In this document: piece by piece, positions 9,168 through 19,227 of the stretch | Position numbering within the stretch: position 1 is the stretch's first letter | How the letters are laid out: every line of letters begins with the position of its first letter | Source: an uncultured virus (IMG/VR IMGVR_UViG_3300028797_000119) | Lineage: Duplodnaviria; Heunggongvirae; Uroviricota; Caudoviricetes | Length of the DNA: 64,000 nucleotides | Reading direction: 5' to 3' (one strand) | IMG/VR virus record: IMGVR_UViG_3300028797_000119 | Notes under the pieces: generated by a model | The model's database searches: none | Told to the model about the DNA's origin: nothing | The model's input: only the letters and a program-made list of their open reading frames with translations | Position numbers and translations under genes: made by a program

Positions 9168-10676
9168 TTACGCAACTTCGCGTAGGCTTTTCCAGCGTAC
9201 ATATCCACCGAAGTCGCCGTGGTTCGTTATGTACTTCGCCACTACGTCGTCGGATAGGTTGAAGTATTTCATCAAGTACCTGGTGAACTTTCCGTAGCAT
9301 TTCACATCGTAGTTCGTCAGCAACCGACCGCACTTAACCAAGTCGCCGGTCAGGAGCGTTCTTCCGCCACGGATTTCGTTGAAAATGTCAACACTGAACG
9401 GAAGCTTGCCGTAAGTGGAAACATTCCCTGTAACGAAATCCACCCGCTTGCTGAAGAACACGAACGTGTTCATCCATACATAGCGGAGGATGGCGTCAAT
9501 GGTCGTGTCACTGAAGAATACGCCATGAATACGTTCCTCTACGTCGTTAGCAGAAAGAATCATGTCACCGAGGCCGAGTAAGCTTTCAGCACCGCCATGA
9601 CCAAGGATAGTGGAGCTATCTATAGCCGAGCTAACTTTGAACGCTATGCGGTAAGGCAAGTTGGCCTTGAGGTCTCCCGTAATGACCTTTACGGACGGTC
9701 TCTGCGTGGCCAAAACCAAGTGAATACCGACGGCACGGCTCTTCTGAGCAAGACGCTGTACAAGCTGCGTGAGTTCAGTACCGCTTGTCATCATCAAGTC
9801 GGCAAACTCGTCCACCACGCAAACGATATAACGCATCTTCGGATCAGCGGTATTGGTTAGCGGCATCGTGGCGATTTTGTCGTTGTACGCCTTAATGTTG
9901 CGAGAGTTGTACTTCGCAAGCAACGCGTAACGATTTTCCATTTCGTCCACCAGCCAACGGAGACCTGACATTGATTCTTCAGGGTTGACAAGAACCTTGT
10001 TGTTCACGCAGTTCGGCAAGAATGAGTACATGCCGAGTTCGACACCCTTGGGGTCGATCAAGAGCATTTCGAAGTCGCGCATATCCACGTTCTTGATGAG
10101 GCTGGCCACGATGGAGTTGATGCACACTGACTTGCCAGATCCGGTCATGCCGGCTATTAACAAGTGCGGCGCTTTCGCAAGGTCAATGGCCTTGCCCTTT
10201 CCCTCTACAGACACGCCAAGTTCAATCGGTAATGTCATACCAGAAATATCGGTATTCGAAAGGTTTCCGGGAAGTACCGTCTTTCGTACGGTCGCCGGAA
10301 TGTCAATAGCAAGGACTCCTTCTTCGGGAATCTTGGTGCAAGACACCTTGGCGACGCGGAGACCCATAGCGATATCATCGCTAAGCGATTCCACGGTGGA
10401 TATCTTGACACCAGTCGGCAATACGACCTTGAGACGGACAAGCACGGGTCCGCATTCAACGCCGACTACTTTCGCTCCACGGATGCCGAAACTGTCGAGT
10501 ACATTGACTAAACGGTTCTCTATGCCGTCCGGAGCACTGTTGCTCAAGTCACTAGTATCAGAATAGCGAGTAGCCGTCAAGTTCTCGCGAGAATGCAGAT
10601 GATGAAGCGACATGGCTACCATTGCGTCGTAGCCAAGGTCAACACCGAACATATTTTTGATTTCGTCACGATTCAT
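9168..10676 (-). CDS. ftsK: FtsK/SpoIIIE-family DNA translocase (no TM domain)
   Basis: DLAKAPHLLIAGMTGSGKSVCIN, LIDPK, VVDEFADLMM, RAVGIHLVLATQRPS, GAESLLGLGDM. Confidence 0.9.
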   Translation of the reverse strand: MNRDEIKNMFGVDLGYDAMVAMSLHHLHSRENLTATRYSDTSDLSNSAPDGIENRLVNVLDSFGIRGAKVVGVECGPVLVRLKVVLPTGVKISTVESLSDDIAMGLRVAKVSCTKIPEEGVLAIDIPATVRKTVLPGNLSNTDISGMTLPIELGVSVEGKGKAIDLAKAPHLLIAGMTGSGKSVCINSIVASLIKNVDMRDFEMLLIDPKGVELGMYSFLPNCVNNKVLVNPEESMSGLRWLVDEMENRYALLAKYNSRNIKAYNDKIATMPLTNTADPKMRYIVCVVDEFADLMMTSGTELTQLVQRLAQKSRAVGIHLVLATQRPSVKVITGDLKANLPYRIAFKVSSAIDSSTILGHGGAESLLGLGDMILSANDVEERIHGVFFSDTTIDAILRYVWMNTFVFFSKRVDFVTGNVSTYGKLPFSVDIFNEIRGGRTLLTGDLVKCGRLLTNYDVKCYGKFTRYLMKYFNLSDDVVAKYITNHGDFGGYVRWKSLREVA

Positions 10677-10694
10677 TGAATAACTCCTTGCTAT

Positions 10695-10723
10695 AATATA
10701 GGTTTCTAGTTGCGTTTTGTCAA
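10695..10723 (-). promoter_or_regulatory. sigma70-like promoter of the ftsK-like gene
   Basis: TTGACA-N17-TATATT on -. Confidence 0.65.
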
Positions 10724-10769
10724 TAGTTTTGTTTGCGTTAGTTATATTAAAAGCGAGCGGAAACCCGGA

Positions 10770-11327
10770 CTACCAGTCGATAGTCATGCGCTTTGATTTC
10801 GCCGAAGGGAAGTTTAAACGTCTGTACAGTATTTGACCCTTTACACGTTTGTCGTCGGATAGCGACCAGTCGATCTGCTGTTTAGGGATTTCGATACCAA
10901 CATAGTAAAACCGATGGTCATCCACGTTGTCGAAGTTGACCGCGTCGAAAAACCTGAACCCGGAATGACTAGCCAAGATGTCTGGACACCCGTTGACGCC
11001 AATCACTGTTACTGCCGGAGAATAGTCTCGGTTGTAATCATAATAACAGTCCAGCTTACCCTTGTTATCGGCAATCCTTACCAAGTGGTAGATGTATGTC
11101 TCCGGACATTCTAAGTTGTCGTTTGGTGATTCAGCGATTGACCCAAGATAGGTACATGCAGCCTTACCGTTTACGATGACGGGAAGTGTCGTCATGACAG
11201 ATACCGTGCTGGTACGCACGTCTTGTATGTCGATGCGAACGTCGCGCCGATCGAACGGCACTTTGACATGTTCAGCAAACGCCGTAATGGCAATGAACAG
11301 AACGATGAGAGATGCTAGTTTCTTCAT
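10770..11327 (-). CDS. secreted hypothetical protein
   Basis: signal peptide MKKLASLIVLFIAITAFA, AAGGAG RBS. Confidence 0.75.
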   Translation of the reverse strand: MKKLASLIVLFIAITAFAEHVKVPFDRRDVRIDIQDVRTSTVSVMTTLPVIVNGKAACTYLGSIAESPNDNLECPETYIYHLVRIADNKGKLDCYYDYNRDYSPAVTVIGVNGCPDILASHSGFRFFDAVNFDNVDDHRFYYVGIEIPKQQIDWSLSDDKRVKGQILYRRLNFPSAKSKRMTIDW

Positions 11328-11428
11328 AATTGCTCCTTTGTTTTCGGTTTGATTGATGGTTAGGGGAAACCCGGACTAAAAGAAAACCGTCCGATAGGTC
11401 GGACGGTCTTTAAAAACGTATCATCTGC

Positions 11429-12115
11429 TTAATTTCGGAAACTATTGATTTCTCGTTCATTAAGGACGATAGGGTTCTTGCATCCCGTCATGCCTTGAGT
11501 CCGCAGCGTACATTCATCAGGGTCGTAGTCGATTGCTCCAGTGGACGCAGTGCCAACTCCGATTTCTTTACCGGGATTTTCCTTGGACATATCGTTGAAG
11601 GTCTGTCCGTTAGGCATCTGGAACACCTTGCCCGTTACGGTCGAGTAATATTTCCTACCATCTGGAGACACCAACCATCCAAAGTCGGTGTGCGGATGCT
11701 TGTCGATTTCGGACAACGGCATTCCTCTATAAGAGTCGCTGTACACTCCCGGCTTTTCCGAAGCCGGTACAAACTTCCAACCTTTTTCGCGAAGTTCATC
11801 GCCGAAATAGTCGAAGTTTTGTACCTTGCTAACCGTATAGTCGTTCTTGAGCTGCTGGTCGGCACTGTTTTTCAAGTCGATGACAGTCTGCTTACCGCTG
11901 TCAAGAGCCTTGTCAACTGGGTTACCAGCCATGTGGTTGACACCGAGTGCACCAAGAGCGCCCATAGCGCCGATTCCAATAGTACGGCCTAGCTTGCCTT
12001 CGAGCTGTGCCTTTCGTTCACACACGTCGTAAAGCTTCTTAACCGAGTCTACCAAAGTCTGGCGTTCTGGTGTAGTCTTCAGTTTCTCTAATTCGTCCAA
12101 GAATTCTTGGTTCAT
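11429..12115 (-). CDS. hypothetical protein, possibly late/virion
   Basis: ORF with upstream TATAAACT and downstream terminator hairpin (about 11386-11408). Confidence 0.7.
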   Translation of the reverse strand: MNQEFLDELEKLKTTPERQTLVDSVKKLYDVCERKAQLEGKLGRTIGIGAMGALGALGVNHMAGNPVDKALDSGKQTVIDLKNSADQQLKNDYTVSKVQNFDYFGDELREKGWKFVPASEKPGVYSDSYRGMPLSEIDKHPHTDFGWLVSPDGRKYYSTVTGKVFQMPNGQTFNDMSKENPGKEIGVGTASTGAIDYDPDECTLRTQGMTGCKNPIVLNEREINSFRN

Positions 12116-12154
12116 AAAAACCGCCTCTCTGTTACAAAAGGCAGTTTATAAGTT

Positions 12155-12442
12155 TTACTTTTTCTGTGAGTTACGAATCGTGAGCCAGCAGTCCCAACGA
12201 GGCTTACGCACGATTGCGTTTGTCGCCTTGTCCAAGGAAGTGTCAATCTGGAGAAGCGCTCTCATGTTACCAGCATCGTCATAGATGGTGGCCGATTCGA
12301 TCGTGCCGAATTTTTTCTCACCTACACGAGCTTTCAGTTTTTCCTGAAGCATAAGACCCGCCTTGAACGGGGTATCGGTTTCGACTTCACCGATTACGAG
12401 TTCCGGCATGTTTTCGAGTTTGAATTTAAGCAAATATTTCAT
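12155..12442 (-). CDS. hypothetical protein
   Basis: AGGAG RBS. Confidence 0.65.
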   Translation of the reverse strand: MKYLLKFKLENMPELVIGEVETDTPFKAGLMLQEKLKARVGEKKFGTIESATIYDDAGNMRALLQIDTSLDKATNAIVRKPRWDCWLTIRNSQKK

Positions 12443-12746
12443 TGTTGACTCCTGTAAAATATATTTTTCCATCGGAAGTTTCCTCGATTTTGAAATCAAG
12501 CGTTCTCGGCCAGTAGTCGCTGACGACGACTCCGTTGTTCTTAGTCAGTTCGGCGCTAACTATGGCAATCGTGTAAGACCCCGGTCGAACGGCGACAATT
12601 TTCTTGCCTTCGTTGAGCAGTTCTGGGATTGTCTTGTCGACCGAAGAAATCAATACGCTTTCGCGATATGCCCACGGCTTCCCTGGGATTAACATGTTTT
12701 CGACAACATTCGCTACATTGGAAAGTGTCAGTCTCAGTACAATCAT
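12426..12746 (-). CDS. hypothetical protein
   Basis: AAGGAGG RBS. Confidence 0.65.
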   Translation of the reverse strand: MIVLRLTLSNVANVVENMLIPGKPWAYRESVLISSVDKTIPELLNEGKKIVAVRPGSYTIAIVSAELTKNNGVVVSDYWPRTLDFKIEETSDGKIYFTGVNNEIFA

Positions 12747-12756
12747 GATAGCCTCC

Positions 12757-13155
12757 TTATGCGGAGAGTTCCGCAAGCTGCTTATCTATAAGTTTCTTTT
12801 CTACATTATTGTATGCGAGGTCTGCGAGAGCAATCGTGTAGTCGGACGCTACCTGAGCGGCCATGTCAGCAATGTCAGTATTGGTAAGCTGGCGCTTGCT
12901 TATCGTGGCAAGGGTCGTGTCGACGATAAGTTTGGTCAGTTCGTAAGCCATGATATTGCCGATGATTAGAGGGGTGAAGTTTCCTTCGCTCGGTTCAGCA
13001 GTGACTACTCGTTCGACTTCGCGAAGAAGGTCGTCTGTAATGTTTTTAATACGCGTCACGACGCGGTCTCGTCCTTGATTCATCGCCTTCGTGTCGGTTT
13101 TGTGAACAGCGTTACGAAACATTTCCCAATTTGTCTTGCTGTTGTTGATAAACAT
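12757..13155 (-). CDS. hypothetical protein
   Basis: AAGGAG RBS, junction element upstream. Confidence 0.7.
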   Translation of the reverse strand: MFINNSKTNWEMFRNAVHKTDTKAMNQGRDRVVTRIKNITDDLLREVERVVTAEPSEGNFTPLIIGNIMAYELTKLIVDTTLATISKRQLTNTDIADMAAQVASDYTIALADLAYNNVEKKLIDKQLAELSA

Positions 13156-13222
13156 GATTAAACTCCTTTTATTTTTAGTTTCCGTCATACAGATGACGCG
13201 CAAGGGGAAACCCGGACTAATA

Positions 13223-13522
13223 CTATGCAGTGTGTACACGGTATTCCATTACGGAACGCAATATGTATTGTTGGGCTTCTTGGGAGTCTTTGCATTTCTT
13301 CGAAACCTTATCAGTTGATAGCGTGATGGGCATATCGCTTGACAAATCGAATTCGATCTTGATTTTGAAGTCTGGGGCAAACTTATCCGAAACCACGAAA
13401 CTGTTCGGTCCGTTGCAACATTCGATGGACAAGTTAGTCCCGTGGGCGATTTCAGTAAGTGTCGCCGACGCGCTAAGATAGGCGTCCAGCGTATTGTCAT
13501 CAATTGAGATATGCTTGCCCAT
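13223..13522 (-). CDS. hypothetical protein
   Basis: GGAGG RBS. Confidence 0.65.
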   Translation of the reverse strand: MGKHISIDDNTLDAYLSASATLTEIAHGTNLSIECCNGPNSFVVSDKFAPDFKIKIEFDLSSDMPITLSTDKVSKKCKDSQEAQQYILRSVMEYRVHTA

Positions 13523-13534
13523 GTGGCCTCCAAT

Positions 13535-13777
13535 TTAGTCGATCGAAGCCGTTTCAAATCCGGCAAGTTTTTCGAAACGCCTCACGTCCGCTTCGAAATT
13601 TTTCTGTGCGTGGACTGGATCTGACGAAGAACCCGGAGCAATTAGTATCTGATTGCTTTTGACAAGAAGGAACTTGGCATGTTTCTTGCCCGGTCGTAAT
13701 AACCAACGTCCGGACTTGAGCATCTTGGTCATAACCGCTCGTAAATGCTTGTCGATTTTAGGAATACCGTAATTCAT
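13535..13777 (-). CDS. HicA-like small basic protein
   Basis: W..RPGKKHAKF...APGSSSD pattern; AAGGAG RBS; TTGACA-N17-TATATT at 13800-13828. Confidence 0.55.
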   Translation of the reverse strand: MNYGIPKIDKHLRAVMTKMLKSGRWLLRPGKKHAKFLLVKSNQILIAPGSSSDPVHAQKNFEADVRRFEKLAGFETASID

Positions 13778-13913
13778 ATAATCTCCTTTAAGTTTTATAA
13801 ATATAAGTTTTAGTTGACTGGTTGTCAATAGGGAAAATATCAAGTGTGATATTTTTACAAAAGGCGGCGGGAAAGATGCCACCCTTTAGGGTGGCTTATG
13901 AGAGCCGCCGATT

Positions 13914-14318
13914 CTAGCCTTGATTCTTAATGTATTCCACAAGTGTCTTTTCGGACACACCACCAATAGTCGAAGCAAAATAACCACGAGTCCACAGATG
14001 ATGCTGTCCAGACCAGTAGAACTTAGACAAGTAGTCATGATGCTTCTGCCATATTAGATAGGTAGACTGCTGTTTGAGGTCATGCACTATCCTAGAAATG
14101 GACTCATTTGGTTTAATGCGTACCAGTAGATGGATATGGTCGTGGTCTACCTCGTCTATTTCAATCTTGAAGTTTCCATTCTTCTCTTGAGCTACTTTCA
14201 TAGCTGCAAGCAAGTCGTCTCGGATAGGATTAAGCACCTTCCTACGATACTTGGTCGAGAAGATAAGATGATACCGCAAGAAGGTCTTTGCGTGGTTAAA
14301 TCGTTCATATTTGCTCAT
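13914..14318 (-). CDS. tnpA: IS200-type Y1 HUH transposase
   Basis: YHLIFSTKYRR, DHIHLL (HUH), LWTRGYF, YIKNQ. Confidence 0.95.
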   Translation of the reverse strand: MSKYERFNHAKTFLRYHLIFSTKYRRKVLNPIRDDLLAAMKVAQEKNGNFKIEIDEVDHDHIHLLVRIKPNESISRIVHDLKQQSTYLIWQKHHDYLSKFYWSGQHHLWTRGYFASTIGGVSEKTLVEYIKNQG

Positions 14319-14402
14319 ACACCATTAAATATAGTTAAAAAATAATAAAATGTCTTGCATTTTTGAGAAAAAATAACTAGATTGCATTATAAACTTAATG
14401 AT

Positions 14403-15677
14403 ATGAGCATGACCGAAGAACAGCGACTTGCAAAGAATGCTTCCATCAAGGAAGCGATGAAGGCTACGCACGAGAAGCGTAAGTCGCAAGTCTGCCGTGT
14501 CTATATGCTTAAAGTACAGAAAAACAAGTTGTCCGCCCGGCAGAAGGAAGACTTCAAGATGCTGTTCGTGGAAGCGAAGTGGCTGTACAACGATATTCTC
14601 AATTATGGTTCTGTTAAGGGACAGTCCATATTCGACTATGAACTAGGCAATGTAGTTGAAGTCAAGCTACCGGATGGTACATTCGATGGTAGGAACCTCG
14701 ACCATATCGGCTCACAGATGAAGCAGTCGGTCTATACTGACATCAAATCTTCAATCAAGGCGTTGTCGAAGCTCAAGAAGAAAGGTTTTAAGGTAGGACG
14801 GTTAAAGTTCAAATCCGAAATCGGGGCGGTGTCCTTGAAGCAGTACGGAACGACCTACAAGTTCCATAACGACCACCTTGTCAAGATTCAGAACATTCAC
14901 GGTCTGGTGCGAGTAAACGGTCTCGACCAGATTAAGGATGATGTTGAGTTCGCCAACGCGAAACTCTTAAATAGGGCTGACGGATACTATCTTGCCGTCA
15001 CGACCTATACAGAAAGAAAACCGTATTCCAACCGACCTCACGCTGATGTCGGTATCGACATGGGTTGTCATACTTCTTTCACGCTCTCAACGGGCGAGGA
15101 AGTTGATGTCAAGGTTAAAGAACCGGAGCACTTGAAAAGACTGCAACGAAAGCAGAGTAGACAGAAGAAAGGCTCCAATAGTCGAAGACGGACAATCCAC
15201 AAGATACAGAAGAAGCATCAGCGTTTGGTAAACCGAAAGAACGACAAGGCCAACAAGATTGTTGCCGACCTAAATTCTAGGTTCGGTCTTATATACATCC
15301 AGGACGAGAATCTCCAAGGATGGCATAAGGACGGACATGGCAAGGCGGTACAGCACAGTTGCTTAGGCAGAGTCAAGGCGAAACTGAAATCGCAAGACAA
15401 CGTCTATGTCGTCAATCGCTGGGAACCCACTACGCAGAAGTGCATCAACTGTGGCAAGAAACATCCTATGCCACAGAACGAACGCACATTCCGGTGCGAG
15501 TGCGGTCTGTGTATGCCCAGAGACCTTCATTCGGCTAACCGCATGGTACAGGAAGGTAGGAAGTTAGTACCTATGGAACAGAGGGAGTTCATGAGCTCTG
15601 ACTGGCAGACCTCTATCTTGTCCTATATTGGACAAGGCAAGCCCGCTGGGTTGAAGCCCGAAGCTCACCGCCTTTAG
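14403..15677 (+). CDS. tnpB: TnpB RNA-guided nuclease family protein
   Basis: GRLKFKS, VGIDMG (RuvC-I), TTQKCINCG/CECG Zn finger, RDLHSA (RuvC-III). Confidence 0.92.
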   Translation: MSMTEEQRLAKNASIKEAMKATHEKRKSQVCRVYMLKVQKNKLSARQKEDFKMLFVEAKWLYNDILNYGSVKGQSIFDYELGNVVEVKLPDGTFDGRNLDHIGSQMKQSVYTDIKSSIKALSKLKKKGFKVGRLKFKSEIGAVSLKQYGTTYKFHNDHLVKIQNIHGLVRVNGLDQIKDDVEFANAKLLNRADGYYLAVTTYTERKPYSNRPHADVGIDMGCHTSFTLSTGEEVDVKVKEPEHLKRLQRKQSRQKKGSNSRRRTIHKIQKKHQRLVNRKNDKANKIVADLNSRFGLIYIQDENLQGWHKDGHGKAVQHSCLGRVKAKLKSQDNVYVVNRWEPTTQKCINCGKKHPMPQNERTFRCECGLCMPRDLHSANRMVQEGRKLVPMEQREFMSSDWQTSILSYIGQGKPAGLKPEAHRL

Positions 15678-15758
15678 GCGGTGGGTAGTTCACATTCACG
15701 CATCAAGAAGAGGCCGGGAATAAACCCCGACCTCTCGACCTTTATTATGCGGAGAGTA

Positions 15759-16250
15759 TTAGCCGTTAAGCTTGAATTCAGTCTTCATTTTGATGGCCGC
15801 TTCGACAAACGATACGGACTGGTGAATGGCTTCCGCGATTTCAGCCACCTTCATGCCGCCGTTGTACATGGTATAGATAGGGAGAAGGAGCTTGTTGACC
15901 GAGTCGTGATGATGTTGCGGGGGGTTCTTGCGTTCGGCCTTAAAATTCAGACTAAGCTGGTCGGGATGGTTCGGATCTGCAAACTTGTTGCACGGGACAG
16001 TTACACCCAGCTTATGGCGGAGTTGGTAGACCGCGTCACGACTGCGTCCGACCGGGAATCCGCCAGCTTGAACGAGACGGATTTCATTTTCAGTCCACTT
16101 TCGTTTTTGCGTACCCTTGATACCGAGCTTACTGAGGTGACACTGGACGGCTTGTGGTGTACGTCCTTCTACCTTATGGAACTTGATTGCTTCAGCTTGT
16201 TCCTTGGCGGTCCAGCGCTTGCGGGTTACCTTTTTGACTTCTTCGGCCAT
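15759..16250 (-). CDS. putative DNA-binding protein (Myb/SANT-like WT..E repeats plus HTH)
   Basis: KRWTAKEQ, RKWTENEI, C-terminal VAEIAEAIHQSVSFV; TTGACA-N17-TATATT at 16295-16323. Confidence 0.6.
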   Translation of the reverse strand: MAEEVKKVTRKRWTAKEQAEAIKFHKVEGRTPQAVQCHLSKLGIKGTQKRKWTENEIRLVQAGGFPVGRSRDAVYQLRHKLGVTVPCNKFADPNHPDQLSLNFKAERKNPPQHHHDSVNKLLLPIYTMYNGGMKVAEIAEAIHQSVSFVEAAIKMKTEFKLNG

Positions 16251-16346
16251 TGTATTTCTCCTTGTAGATTGATTGTTGATTGTTTGTTGGTTTAAATATA
16301 AATGATATTGTGAAATTTGTCAACACATTGTAGTGTTATTTTTTGT

Positions 16347-16547
16347 TTACATATATGCTGACGATGTATAGAACTCTTGACCGCATTCATCGCAAGTCAC
16401 TCTGTATTCCTTTGTGTCGTTGTTCTTGCCGTCCATCAAGGTGGCGTGGAGGTCGCTTTCGAATACAGCGCATTCGTGGTTACAAGACGGACAGTCACAG
16501 TGCTTATATCCGTTTGGGTCGATGCTGAGGTGAGTTACCATACTCAT
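16347..16547 (-). CDS. small Zn-ribbon protein
   Basis: CPSC...CDECG, AAGGAG RBS. Confidence 0.65.
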   Translation of the reverse strand: MSMVTHLSIDPNGYKHCDCPSCNHECAVFESDLHATLMDGKNNDTKEYRVTCDECGQEFYTSSAYM

Positions 16548-16577
16548 ATTTACTCCTTGGTTACACAGTACCGATGG

Positions 16578-16841
16578 CTAGATAAGGGAAGCCCGGATGA
16601 CCCTGAACAATTTCCTCGTCAGCTTCTTGTTCATACAGGTCCAGCTACGGCGGTACGAGCAGAACATCAGGTAGGCCGCCGCGACCATAAAGATGCCGTA
16701 GATTAGCTTGGACAGTTCGAACGAGCATCCGGCGAGCTGCGCGGCATAACTGATGAACATACCGATCGAGGCTAGGCCGAGCATCGTGAGCAGACCGACC
16801 GCATACATAATGGTTACGGATATACCGAAGGCGAGTTTCAT
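16578..16841 (-). CDS. membrane protein
   Basis: GGAG RBS, two hydrophobic segments. Confidence 0.6.
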   Translation of the reverse strand: MKLAFGISVTIMYAVGLLTMLGLASIGMFISYAAQLAGCSFELSKLIYGIFMVAAAYLMFCSYRRSWTCMNKKLTRKLFRVIRASLI

Positions 16842-16994
16842 TTGTTGCTCCAGAAAAAGTTCTTGATAACCCATACCACGAGGCAAAGAACGGCGATGGT
16901 TCCGAGGATGCTTAGGCCGACCTTGAGAAGCTTCCACGCGAGTACGAGCGCGATAATGACGAGCAGAACGAGTAACAGTTTCTTAATCATATTC

Positions 16995-17588
16995 CTAAAC
17001 CTTCTTGAGTGCTTGATTGAGCCAGCTTATTTTCCATTTGGAATGGGTGCAAATGTAGGTCTGAAATTCTACGAGGTTATCGCTTATCATAGAGTGATAT
17101 CGGTCGCCATAGTGTTCTTTCAGTTCGTCATCGGTAGGCGTTTCTATAATGACCGTATACCCAAGTTTTTCGAGCTTTCCCTTGATAAGGTCATCTGGCA
17201 AGTCTTGGAAGTACATATCGTCGTACTCGCTTGAAAGGTCCGAAGGCGTGAACGACGTGCTGGTCTTGCCGCGTTTCCACTGAGGCTTTATGTGCCAATC
17301 GTACATCTCCTTGATGTACTCGGTGGCGACCGAGTCGAACTTCCGCTTGGCTAACTGGGTGTTATGGTAGGCGGCCTCGGCAGTTATACACGGTTCCTCA
17401 ATCTTCTGTTCGCGGTATAACGTAAGATAGGCTCGAACGGTACGCCAGACGGTGTATGTGGCGAGCAGATAGACCACCACGTCCACCGGGATTTGTTCGT
17501 TGCGAAACCAGAAGTAAACCGCGTACAGATAGACTGCGAGAATAGCGGTTATCACGCCGTCCGTAAAGGATTTTAAGATTGCTTTCAT
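16995..17588 (-). CDS. hypothetical protein, 2 N-terminal TM
   Basis: ORF with RBS. Confidence 0.7.
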   Translation of the reverse strand: MKAILKSFTDGVITAILAVYLYAVYFWFRNEQIPVDVVVYLLATYTVWRTVRAYLTLYREQKIEEPCITAEAAYHNTQLAKRKFDSVATEYIKEMYDWHIKPQWKRGKTSTSFTPSDLSSEYDDMYFQDLPDDLIKGKLEKLGYTVIIETPTDDELKEHYGDRYHSMISDNLVEFQTYICTHSKWKISWLNQALKKV

Positions 17589-17679
17589 TTAGTTCTCCCT
17601 GATGATTGGTTATCCATTGCTAAGTATAGCAATTTATTAAAGAAAAGGGGACGCCCGGAGCGTCCCACATTAGTGTTTT

Positions 17680-18414
17680 TTAGTCGCGATAGCCGTCCGC
17701 GTGAACCACAATCGCTTCCTTGTCCGTCCGGAGCGAACATTCGCAGATGAACTTGACATCCGTCATACACTGCACACGGACCCGTTCTTCTTCCGAGCCG
17801 CTGCTGCCACGGTATTCGGATGTGTAGAAATCCTGAAGGTATTCGATGCGGTCTGTGTGTTCGGCCTTGAAGACGTTGCTCGCAATGAGACCCTTGAGCT
17901 TGTCGATGGATTCGCAAGCGATAACCGCGCTGTTGAAGCCGAAGCCGACGTTTTCGAGGTTGACTTGGTAGAGGTTGAGCGGTATCTTGGTGCGGTCGAT
18001 CGGCTTGGTTTCCTCTTCCGTCTTGTAGAACTTGTTCGCCATCAGGACATCGTAGATGCTCTGGTTTTTCTTGTAGTCGAAGGTGATGGTCGGATGACCG
18101 TCGACAGTGAACTGCGACAAGTCTTCAATCTGGATGACCTTCGAATCGTTGACACGGCGAGCCGTTATCTGGAGATCGTGGCCTTTCCAGCGGACTGTAC
18201 GGACAATCTTGATATTGCCAGTGCGGTTGTCGTGGAATACGGGCTGCTGGTCTTCCTTGTGGGTGATGATTTTGATGTCACCGAGGCTTGCCTTGAGAAG
18301 ACGGTCGAACGCGACCTGAAGATGCTTGTTGACTTGTTGGTCGGTCGGAAAGCCGTTCATAAAATTTTTGAACGTGTCACAATCGAACATCAAATTTAAA
18401 ATTTTCTTGGACAT
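17680..18414 (-). CDS. hypothetical protein
   Basis: AAGGAG RBS. Confidence 0.75.
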   Translation of the reverse strand: MSKKILNLMFDCDTFKNFMNGFPTDQQVNKHLQVAFDRLLKASLGDIKIITHKEDQQPVFHDNRTGNIKIVRTVRWKGHDLQITARRVNDSKVIQIEDLSQFTVDGHPTITFDYKKNQSIYDVLMANKFYKTEEETKPIDRTKIPLNLYQVNLENVGFGFNSAVIACESIDKLKGLIASNVFKAEHTDRIEYLQDFYTSEYRGSSGSEEERVRVQCMTDVKFICECSLRTDKEAIVVHADGYRD

Positions 18415-18423
18415 AAAAACTCC

Positions 18424-18948
18424 TTAAACCTTGGTTTCGACGATGTTGAGCGTACCCTTTTCCATTTCTTCCTTGTATGCTTCGTAATGGGTGGTGCGGC
18501 TCATATGGTCGAGAGCGTTGTCGGATTCCCTGATAAGCTTGTGGATCTGATACCAGCGGCGCATATCGTCGATGATGAAGTCCATCAAGCCGAGAAGGTA
18601 GTCCGTCTTGGCCTTACCCTTGACCGGGTAGACGTTGCGGCAAGCGACGTTGTCAGTCTTGGCGCGGAACGTAATCTCAAGGCTCTTCTTGCCGTTACGT
18701 TCGTGCTTGGTGATGACTGCGGTTTCGCCACGGTATTCGATAACCAGGTCGTATTCGGCGAGCTGGAACTTGCACTGTTCGAGGAAGATGGCGTTCTTGT
18801 AGCCGATTTTGTCGAAGATCGGCTGGCACGGATTGAACGCTCTTAACAGTTCAGCGAGGAGAGCCTTGCTTCCGAGTACGTTCTTCATCTTCTTGAGGTT
18901 TTCGTGGAACTGCTTGCCTTTGATGGTAGCGGTAATGGACATATGCAC
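18424..18948 (-). CDS. hypothetical protein
   Basis: AAGGAG RBS. Confidence 0.75.
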   Translation of the reverse strand: MHMSITATIKGKQFHENLKKMKNVLGSKALLAELLRAFNPCQPIFDKIGYKNAIFLEQCKFQLAEYDLVIEYRGETAVITKHERNGKKSLEITFRAKTDNVACRNVYPVKGKAKTDYLLGLMDFIIDDMRRWYQIHKLIRESDNALDHMSRTTHYEAYKEEMEKGTLNIVETKV

Positions 18949-18952
18949 TCCT

Positions 18953-19147
18953 TTATTCCCGTTCGGGAATATTTAGTTGGTTTTGGGTGGATTCGAACGA
19001 AATTTTCCCGTTCGGTAAAATTTTGGGCAAGAAGTCGTGATCAAGGTCGACTACGACAAGATGAGTGACTTTCGGTATGGCATTCCTGAGGTTCCGTATC
19101 ATTTCCTCAGTAATTCCGGGCGGTGGCGTAGGCCGTTTTCGGTACAT
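18953..19147 (-). CDS. small hypothetical protein
   Basis: AAGGAG RBS, junction element upstream. Confidence 0.6.
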   Translation of the reverse strand: MYRKRPTPPPGITEEMIRNLRNAIPKVTHLVVVDLDHDFLPKILPNGKISFESTQNQLNIPERE

Positions 19148-19227
19148 AATCAGCTCCTTGTGTAGGGTGAATGAAGAACGAGGGGACGCCCGGACACACT
19201 ATAGGCATCCCCTCGCCATCGACGGAA

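Larger units (their letters stand above)
13859..15693 (+). mobile_element. IS200/IS605-family element (divergent tnpA/tnpB)
   Basis: target TTAC (13855-13858); left end AAAG + hairpin GCCACCC-TTTA-GGGTGGC; right end GAAG + CTCACCGCC-TTTA-GGCGGTGGG ending TCAC (15690-15693). Confidence 0.92.
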
